Of a stretch of DNA of 25,553 nt, positions 17,136-25,553 are shown piece by piece. The translations under genes and the position numbers were made by a program. A model generated the notes under the pieces. That model ran no database searches. It saw only the letters and a list, made by a program, of their open reading frames with translations, and was not told the origin of the DNA. Where the stretch lies: the IMG/VR virus record IMGVR_UViG_3300033514_000010, positions 1 through 25,553 of that record; one strand, written 5' to 3'. The DNA is from a virus. Lineage: Duplodnaviria > Caudoviricetes. The stretch's first letter is position 1, and every line of letters starts with the position of its first letter.

Positions 17136-17772
17136 TATGATCGGACCATCAGCTAATTATGGACTAACGACATTATTGGATGCGTATAAACAGAATACGA
17201 TGATGGCTACAAATTGCGTGATGATCGGCACGATAGAGGACTACAACAGTGCTATAAATGTGGCTAAAGTTAGCATTAACTTTAAAAAGCAATTCGTGGA
17301 CGGCACCGAGTTATCTTATCCTCTACTCGAAGAATGTCCCGTTTTTGTGTTAGGTGGCGGTGATGGTTTTGTATCGTGTCCTGTTAAGAAAGGAGATACA
17401 TGCCTAGTCCTATTCAATGATAGGAATATAGATACATGGTATCTATCCGGTCAGGTTAAGGCTCCTCAAGACGGCAGATGTCACAATATAGCCGATGGTA
17501 TTGCACTGGTAGGTATCCGGAGTGTCATCGATCCTATGCCTACGCCATCGCAGAGTGTGTGTGTAAATGGTGGATCTAATAAGGTGTCAATAAAAAATTC
17601 AACCACAGATTTAAAAACACTAATAAATAAATTAATTGATTTAGTAGCGTCAATATCAGGATCAAATAGTGGAGGCGCGGTTGTTTTCACGCCATCATGG
17701 GGTTTAGGTTTAACAGGAATAACGGGAATTAAATCTGAATTTAATACGCTACTTGATGAGGGCACATTATGA
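17128..17772 (+). CDS. Baseplate spike (Gp138/gpV-like OB-fold)
   Basis: PLLEECPVF, PVKKGDTCLVLFNDRNIDTW and R.HNIADGIALVG motifs. Confidence 0.85.
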   Translation: MVDMIGPSANYGLTTLLDAYKQNTMMATNCVMIGTIEDYNSAINVAKVSINFKKQFVDGTELSYPLLEECPVFVLGGGDGFVSCPVKKGDTCLVLFNDRNIDTWYLSGQVKAPQDGRCHNIADGIALVGIRSVIDPMPTPSQSVCVNGGSNKVSIKNSTTDLKTLINKLIDLVASISGSNSGGAVVFTPSWGLGLTGITGIKSEFNTLLDEGTL

Positions 17773-18119
17773 AATTCCGTAGTTTATCATCTACCGATGG
17801 CGATTGGATGTTCGGAAGTGGTCGGTCATCGTATGCGATCGACAATAATGCCGTTATGTTGAATATAGCGACGACTCTCCGGACTTTTCTCGGAGAATGT
17901 TTTTTCAATAAGCTAATCGGTGTTGATTGGTTTAATTTAATAAATCTTAAAAATAAAGATGTTGTGTTATTATCATTAAAATCTACGATATATTCTTGTT
18001 TTGGAGTTATCGAAGTAACTGAAATGGAATATACTTTAGACATAAATCGGCAATTAGTTTTAAAATACAGAATTAACACTCTTTATGAAAAAAACGTTTT
18101 AGGAACGGTGACCGTATGA
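17769..18119 (+). CDS. Baseplate wedge / sheath initiator (gp25-like)
   Basis: R.L...GDW.FG.G and L.TFLGECFF....GVDW motifs. Confidence 0.75.
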   Translation: MKFRSLSSTDGDWMFGSGRSSYAIDNNAVMLNIATTLRTFLGECFFNKLIGVDWFNLINLKNKDVVLLSLKSTIYSCFGVIEVTEMEYTLDINRQLVLKYRINTLYEKNVLGTVTV

Positions 18120-19306
18120 CATCCAACTACATCGATTCTACCGGACTGGTGACACAAACACTAGCAGACATAATTACAGAGCTCGAGACAGGATTCAAAT
18201 CGATCTACGGAGCCGATATCAATCTAGATCCGAATAGTCCGGACGGTCAGATGATAAATCTGTTCGCACAGGCCAAAATTGACATGATCGATTGCATCTC
18301 TCAGGTGTATGGTTCTTTTAGTCCGACATCGGCTATCGGTGTAGCTCTAGATCAACGGTGTGCTCTAAACGGTGTGACTCGGCAGGGTGCGGTTAAGACC
18401 ATCGTTCCGGTCAATATTTACTTGGATAGGTCAACCCACTTGGTAGGTGAGGACGATGGCGCAGGGACACCCTTTACAGCTTCCAATGCAGGCGGCGACA
18501 AGTTTTATCTCATCAATGGATTTACAGGCATCACAGGCATGACAGGCCAGCCTTTTCGGGCTGCGGTAGCTGGTGCCATCTCATGTCCAATTGGCAGCGT
18601 AAACAAGGTCGAGACAATCACCCTTGGCGTGACCGGAGTAAATAACTCACTAGCTCCGACAACGGCAGGAATCGATGAAGAGACCGACTCGGCACTAAGA
18701 ATAAGACGGGCCATCTCCGTATCGATGCCGTCAAGCGGATATCTAGCAGGATTAAAAGCTGCTCTATTGTCTCTCGATAGCGTTACATACTGCGAAGTTT
18801 ATGAGAATAATACCGATGTAATTGAAGCTAATAACATTCCGCCACATTCAATGTGGGTGGTTATCGAGGGCGGTGTCGATGCCGAGATAGCTGATGTTAT
18901 CTACAAAAAGCGCAACGCAGGCTGCGGCATGACCGGAGCCACGACCGTAGCTGTAGACATCGGAAACGGGTTCGATCTTCCCGTAAAATTCTCCGACTCG
19001 GCCCTGACTAATTTGTATATTGACTTGACCATGCAAAGCATTTCACCGTCGGACTATTCTATTGACGACGCGGAAAAAACAGCTATGAAAGCATATATTG
19101 CTGCGAATGTGGAATATTCCATAAATCAAAAGGCTGACTATTCTGCCATCGCGGCAGTATTAAAAAGTGAGTATCCATACGCCGTGATAACATCCGGCTG
19201 GGTAGGAATCACAGGCACCACAGGAGCGGCGTTTATTGTTCCGAGTACAATTGATAAACGGTTTGTTGTTGATTCTACCAGAATAAGCATAACAGCGACG
19301 GCATAG
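18116..19306 (+). CDS. Baseplate J-like wedge protein
   Basis: SPDGQMI, A.GVALD, G.DEETDSALRIRR, VYEN.T and PPHSMWVVIEGG motifs. Confidence 0.92.
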   Translation: MTSNYIDSTGLVTQTLADIITELETGFKSIYGADINLDPNSPDGQMINLFAQAKIDMIDCISQVYGSFSPTSAIGVALDQRCALNGVTRQGAVKTIVPVNIYLDRSTHLVGEDDGAGTPFTASNAGGDKFYLINGFTGITGMTGQPFRAAVAGAISCPIGSVNKVETITLGVTGVNNSLAPTTAGIDEETDSALRIRRAISVSMPSSGYLAGLKAALLSLDSVTYCEVYENNTDVIEANNIPPHSMWVVIEGGVDAEIADVIYKKRNAGCGMTGATTVAVDIGNGFDLPVKFSDSALTNLYIDLTMQSISPSDYSIDDAEKTAMKAYIAANVEYSINQKADYSAIAAVLKSEYPYAVITSGWVGITGTTGAAFIVPSTIDKRFVVDSTRISITATA

Positions 19307-19316
19307 GAATTACATA

Positions 19317-20054
19317 ATGGCGACCGACTTAGAAACATCGATAGAATACTATAAAGATTTATTGCTTTATCAGTATATCAATTTGCCCAAGGCGAGGGCG
19401 ACGATTGGCCTATTAGTATCTCAAGCCATCGTTGACCTATTGCCTATAGAGCTATCCAATGCTTTCGATATTGAAACGGCCACCGGACCACAGCTTGACA
19501 TCTTGGGCGAGTATATAGGATTCGACAGGTATGTTGTGGGTGCGGTGTCACGCGACTATTTCACAGCCGACGACTACATTACACCTATCACCGATGGCTT
19601 CGGATTCACTGACTATACAAAACCAGCACAGAATTCTAACGCAACATTCTACTCGTACAATAATTACAATAAACTTACGGCACTTGACGACTCAGAATAT
19701 AGGCTATTACTCAAGTTAAAGATCATTTTGAACACGTCCCAAATGAGCCTTTACGATATAGTAACTCTCATTAAAACCTACTTTGGTGATACAATTGTTG
19801 TCGGCGATGGTGCTAACATGTGGCTATACTATTTTGTGGCCTCATCGATTAGCAGGATAGCCACGATTGCATATAATGAGAGGCTTTTGCCAAAACCGAT
19901 AGGTGTCGGAATTAGCATGTTTTCTCTTGATGATCCGACATTATTGTGGGGCTTTAGTAGCTACATAACATCAAGCGGTGCGACGATTGGATGGAGTAGC
20001 TATAGTGCATGGGCGGCAGGCGAGATGCTAGACTATACCGATTTACTTGTATGA
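19317..20054 (+). CDS. Baseplate wedge protein (DUF2612-like)
   Basis: LL.QY...PKA, FDIETATGPQLDILGEYIG, LDDSEYR.LLK.KI and LLPKP.GV motifs. Confidence 0.88.
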   Translation: MATDLETSIEYYKDLLLYQYINLPKARATIGLLVSQAIVDLLPIELSNAFDIETATGPQLDILGEYIGFDRYVVGAVSRDYFTADDYITPITDGFGFTDYTKPAQNSNATFYSYNNYNKLTALDDSEYRLLLKLKIILNTSQMSLYDIVTLIKTYFGDTIVVGDGANMWLYYFVASSISRIATIAYNERLLPKPIGVGISMFSLDDPTLLWGFSSYITSSGATIGWSSYSAWAAGEMLDYTDLLV

Positions 20055-20061
20055 GGAACAT

Positions 20062-20739
20062 ATGGCGAAATTAGATCGAAAACATCAAAAAATATTTGCC
20101 GATCTCGGCTATACCGGAAATTTAGGTCAATTCGGATCTTACGCTTCCGGTAGTCCTACTTATACCGATAACGTAGAGACCATGCAGGCACTAAGCGCAT
20201 GGGGTTCGGGCATAGGTGCGGCACTGGTAAACAGCGCACCGCCTGCGCTTCAGGATATGGACGGAATTGGATATCTTATCACTAAGCAGTTATCCTACCT
20301 ATTCCAATCGGGCATACCTGAGTATAGCGCCCTGACAAACTACACCATAGGCTCATTAGTCAATGCCGCAGACGGTAGTATTTACATGTCTCAGGCCAAC
20401 GATAATTTAAATCAGGCACTTTCTGTCGAAACAAAGTGGATGCTCTTGAATTCAGGCAAAATTAGAGTGGATGCGAACAGTGTTATCACTCCTGCCTACG
20501 ACGACTATATGATCATTGCTACCATGCCTAGTGGAACATATCCCGTCTTAGTATTCCTTCCCACAGCCGTGTCCACAAATAAAGGCAGGATGATAATAGT
20601 CAAGCGCGAGACTACAGGCGGCAACATTCAGGTGCAGGCAGATAGCGGCACTATAGACGGTTCAGCTACCAACGTACTAAGCAGCAATTATGTAACTCGT
20701 AGATATTTGAGTGACGGCACAAATTGGCTCGTAATATAA
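20062..20739 (+). CDS. Tail fibre / baseplate-anchor protein, paralogue 1
   Basis: Start set at ATG 20062 (GAGGA RBS); MAKLDRKHQKIF, PPALQDM, YLFQSGIPEY, Y.IGSLV, LP....KGR and IDG...DGTNW motifs. Confidence 0.8.
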   Translation: MAKLDRKHQKIFADLGYTGNLGQFGSYASGSPTYTDNVETMQALSAWGSGIGAALVNSAPPALQDMDGIGYLITKQLSYLFQSGIPEYSALTNYTIGSLVNAADGSIYMSQANDNLNQALSVETKWMLLNSGKIRVDANSVITPAYDDYMIIATMPSGTYPVLVFLPTAVSTNKGRMIIVKRETTGGNIQVQADSGTIDGSATNVLSSNYVTRRYLSDGTNWLVI

Positions 20740-20751
20740 AGGATAAAAGTA

Positions 20752-21450
20752 ATGGCTAAGATCGAACGAAAACATCAGAAAATATTTGCGGGTGACGTTC
20801 CTGTAACCAATGTCGTCGCTGAATTCGGCTCTCTGGCCGCTGGTGCTGCCGCATATTCATCAGATCCGGACGACATACAGTCAACTAGATATAGTGAAGG
20901 ATGGGGTGAGGCAGTTATAAATAACTACGCTCCATGCATCCAAGATTTAAACGCTCTGTTCAATCTAATCACTCGTCAATTGGCCTACATTTTTCAGGCC
21001 GGAATTCCTGAGTGGTTGACCACGACATCCTACTATATAGGCTCTTTGGTGCATGATGCCGCCGGTGGTATTTACATGTCAATCGTTGACGATAACTCTG
21101 GCAATGCTCTGACAATTGCTGGTAAGTGGATGCCAATTTATAGCAGGAAAATATCGCTATGTGGAATAGGATTAGAGGGAGATTATACAGTAACCAACAC
21201 CGATTGGATGATAGTATGGGACGGCACTAAATATGGTATTCCGGAGCAATATGTAATACTGCCAACACCGTCAGCATCAAACACAGGCCGAGAGATATTA
21301 GTTAAGATGACGGGCTCAGACTTCAACGGGACACCAAGAGTCAAGGCCAACGATAACAGCACAATCGATGGTGCTGCTTACATCCAATTGGTGAGATACA
21401 CCACACGTAGATTCATCAGCAACGGCACAAATTGGATACCGATCAACTGA
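20752..21450 (+). CDS. Tail fibre / baseplate-anchor protein, paralogue 2
   Basis: Same motif series as paralogue 1 (MAKIERKHQKIF, YIFQAGIPEW, YYIGSLV, IDG, NGTNW). Confidence 0.8.
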   Translation: MAKIERKHQKIFAGDVPVTNVVAEFGSLAAGAAAYSSDPDDIQSTRYSEGWGEAVINNYAPCIQDLNALFNLITRQLAYIFQAGIPEWLTTTSYYIGSLVHDAAGGIYMSIVDDNSGNALTIAGKWMPIYSRKISLCGIGLEGDYTVTNTDWMIVWDGTKYGIPEQYVILPTPSASNTGREILVKMTGSDFNGTPRVKANDNSTIDGAAYIQLVRYTTRRFISNGTNWIPIN

Positions 21451-21457
21451 GGAACAT

Positions 21458-22144
21458 ATGGCGAAGCTCGATCTAAAAAGACAACGAATATTTGCCAATT
21501 GGATAGGCATAACTGGTGGAATTGCTCAATACGGCTCTATGCAGGCAGACGCTAAAATTTATTCAGACGACCCCGATGTATTGCAGGCATTAACTGCCTT
21601 TTCAACTGGTTTCGGTGGTGGTTCTATTCCGCCTGCGCTTGAGGATATGAACGGATTATTTTATCTTTTCACTCGGCAATTATCTTATCTTTATCAGGCC
21701 GGAATATCAGAGTGGAACGCATCGGCGACTTATTATATTGGCTCTTTGGTGAGTGATTCGACTAGTGCGGTTTTTATGTCCATGGTTGATGACAACACAG
21801 ATAACGCACTTACTGATCAGACAAAATGGATGCCTTTTATTAGCTCAAAAGTAACCACTCTTTCATCTCTTGACTATACAGTGGTCGCATCGGATAGATT
21901 TATCGTTAATCCGATAGGACCGATTGCAGATAATAGGACTATAACATTACCTGCACCTAGTGCTGCAAATATCGGTAGACTGATGATGATAAAACAGACC
22001 GGAGCAACATCAGGTGGTAGCTACGTGACACTAAACGTCAAGGCCAACGATAACAGCACAATCGATGGCTCAACGACCAATGTTATAGCGCAGTATGTAT
22101 GCAAAAAATATATTTGTGATGGCACCAATTGGCGCACAACATAG
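21458..22144 (+). CDS. Tail fibre / baseplate-anchor protein, paralogue 3
   Basis: Same motif series (MAKLDLKRQRIF, PPALEDM, YLYQAGISEW, YYIGSLV, IDG, DGTNW). Confidence 0.8.
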   Translation: MAKLDLKRQRIFANWIGITGGIAQYGSMQADAKIYSDDPDVLQALTAFSTGFGGGSIPPALEDMNGLFYLFTRQLSYLYQAGISEWNASATYYIGSLVSDSTSAVFMSMVDDNTDNALTDQTKWMPFISSKVTTLSSLDYTVVASDRFIVNPIGPIADNRTITLPAPSAANIGRLMMIKQTGATSGGSYVTLNVKANDNSTIDGSTTNVIAQYVCKKYICDGTNWRTT

Positions 22145-22153
22145 GGGTAAAAA

Positions 22154-22494
22154 ATGTCTTCGAATTTGGATTTTGTAACCACTGATTTATGCGACATGGG
22201 GTGCCATACAGGCGTCACCTTTTCAATCGATTTGCTGGTCACGCAGCGATGCACTGGCCTACCTGACAATCTCACGGGATACACCGCAAGTATTTTGGTT
22301 TATAACGTTGTTGAGACTGTCGTTATTGCTAGCGTTACTGGCACCATTGCAAGTCCGACAACTGGTCTCGTTGTCTTTACCATTGCAGCATCAGCCACAG
22401 CACTATTGCCCATTGGCCTATATTCACACGTCATCGAATTGACCATCGGCACCACAGTATATCGTATAGCGCAAGGTGATTTTGAGGTATCCGC

Positions 22495-22498
<4 letters not shown>
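22154..22498 (+). CDS. Beta-sandwich fibre adaptor-like protein
   Basis: [20 protein letters not shown]...IEL and RI.QG.FEVS pattern seen in BppU-like/adaptor domains that precede fibres. Confidence 0.6.
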
Positions 22499-24200
<1,702 letters not shown>

Positions 24201-24201
<1 letters not shown>

Positions 24202-24992
24202 TGCCTATTAGAATGCAATTAAGACGAGGAACAACGACAGAGTGGAGCACTACAAATCCGATCTTGTCTCAAGGGGAATTGGGATTAGATACCACGCAAA
24301 ATAAAGTCAAATGCGGTGACGGTGTAAACTTATATTCTGTTTTGCCTTATATTGTAGGCTCAGACGGTGCCGTAGGCGTGACCGGACCAACTGGTGCCGT
24401 GGGTGCCACGGGACCAAGTGGACCGCAGGGCATAGCCGGAGTTGCCGGAGCCACCGGACCTACAGGATCTCAAGGCATTGCTGGTAGCACCGGACCTACA
24501 GGATCTCAAGGTATTCAAGGTGCTCAAGGTATTCAAGGTATTCAAGGTATTCAAGGCAACGTAGGAAGCGCAGGCGCAACGGGAAAAACCGGAGCCACAG
24601 GATCTCAAGGATCAATCGGTCCTCAAGGTGCTCAAGGCGTTCAGGGATTGAAGGGAGAAACGGGAGCCGCAGGAGCCACCGGAGCAACGGGAACATTCGT
24701 TGCCGCAGAGGCTTGGAATACAGCATCTTTAATCAACTCATGGGTCACCTATGCTACTGGAACCGAACCTTGCTATTATAAAGATCCTGCCGGAGTAGTA
24801 CATTTAAGTGGAATAGCAAAAAGCGGCACCGTTGCAGATCCTATATTTACTCTACCATCCGGACACCGACCGACTAAAGCTCAGGCCATTTATGCAGGAA
24901 CTAGTTACATTACAATTACTACGGCAGGCAACGTTAGATCCGACAGGAATACCTTTGTTACTTTAGATAATATTACGTTTAGAGAAGGATAA
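24201..24992 (+). CDS. Fibre protein: Mtd_N/hyaluronidase-N-like domain, collagen stalk, C-terminal putative receptor-binding domain
   Basis: [31 protein letters not shown]; GXT/GXQ stalk; C-terminal W....[20 protein letters not shown] and LDNITF. Confidence 0.85.
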
Positions 24993-24995
24993 ATA

Positions 24996-25280
24996 ATGTC
25001 GCAGCAAATCATAATTCGTCGTGGAACAACGACACAATGGACCGATGCCAATCCCGTTTTGGCTCAAGGCGAATTTGGACTTGATACCGATTTATTAGAA
25101 ACTAAAATGGGTGACGGTGTAAAAACGTGGTCGAATTTATCTTTTATGAATACAACGGGTGCCACAGGTGCCACGGGCGCAACCGGAATTAGTGTTACTG
25201 GCGCAACCGGAGCTACGGGCGCAACCGGAGCGCAACCTAGTAGCATAGACGGTGGATCGCCATCAACGATATATGTTTAA
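24996..25280 (+). CDS. Mini fibre unit: Mtd_N-like domain, short GAT stalk, C-terminal IDGG peptide
   Basis: IRRGTTTQWTDANPVLAQGEFGLDTD...KMGDG...W..L; GAT repeats; SSIDGGSPSTIYV. Confidence 0.85.
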   Translation: MSQQIIIRRGTTTQWTDANPVLAQGEFGLDTDLLETKMGDGVKTWSNLSFMNTTGATGATGATGISVTGATGATGATGAQPSSIDGGSPSTIYV

Positions 25281-25318
25281 ATAATATTTCTTTTCTGGTT
25301 TAATTTTGAGGCGATTCA

Positions 25319-25553
25319 ATGGCTATAAAAATTCAAAACAGGCGTGGAACGACATCAGAATGGTCGTCATCTAATCCGGTTTTATCTTCCGGTGAGATCG
25401 GAATAGACACTACACTATTAGCCTATAAAATAGGTGATGGCGTAAAGACGTGGTCACAATTGTCGTTCATTACTGTCGGACCTACCGGAGCCACTGGACC
25501 TACGGGAAGCGTGACAAATACCGGACCTACCGGGCCGAGTGGAGCCACGGGAC
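25319..25553 (+). CDS. Third Mtd_N-like collagen fibre protein (runs off the right edge; not in the ORF track)
   Basis: Manual translation: [78 protein letters not shown]; GAGG RBS. Confidence 0.88.
   Translation, partial: MAIKIQNRRGTTSEWSSSNPVLSSGEIGIDTTLLAYKIGDGVKTWSQLSFITVGPTGATGPTGSVTNTGPTGPSGATG

Noticed and set aside
20062-22144. Diversity-generating retroelement or invertible shufflon acting on the fibre paralogues
   Set aside because: No reverse transcriptase, no TR/VR pair differing only at adenines, no recombinase and no inverted cassettes in the window. Mtd_N-like domains alone do not imply a DGR.

Overview
The whole window is tailed-phage (myovirus-type, contractile tail) DNA. 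It carries an almost complete packaging and morphogenesis module on the + strand: ParB-like protein, ABC-ATPase/GNAT fusion, terS, GIY-YIG endonuclease, terL, portal, head morphogenesis protein, DUF2213-type protease/scaffold, cement, major capsid, neck genes, sheath, tube, frameshifted chaperone, tape measure, baseplate, three tandem paralogous fibre-anchor genes and a run of collagen-like fibre genes that continues past the right edge. At the left edge a divergent minus-strand unit encodes a Fis-type HTH protein and a family-2 glycosyltransferase, which is truncated by the window and missing from the ORF track. Two signals stand out. (1) Short Gly-X-Thr tracts are inserted into many unrelated virion proteins (cement, connector, sheath, spike, baseplate J, fibre anchors), alongside Thr-rich collagen fibres and the GT2 gene; this suggests virion-wide O-glycosylation. 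(2) The fibres look like a plug-and-socket kit, with C-terminal DGG peptides and N-terminal Mtd_N-like domains. All family assignments come from motif recognition and synteny by eye; no database searches were run.
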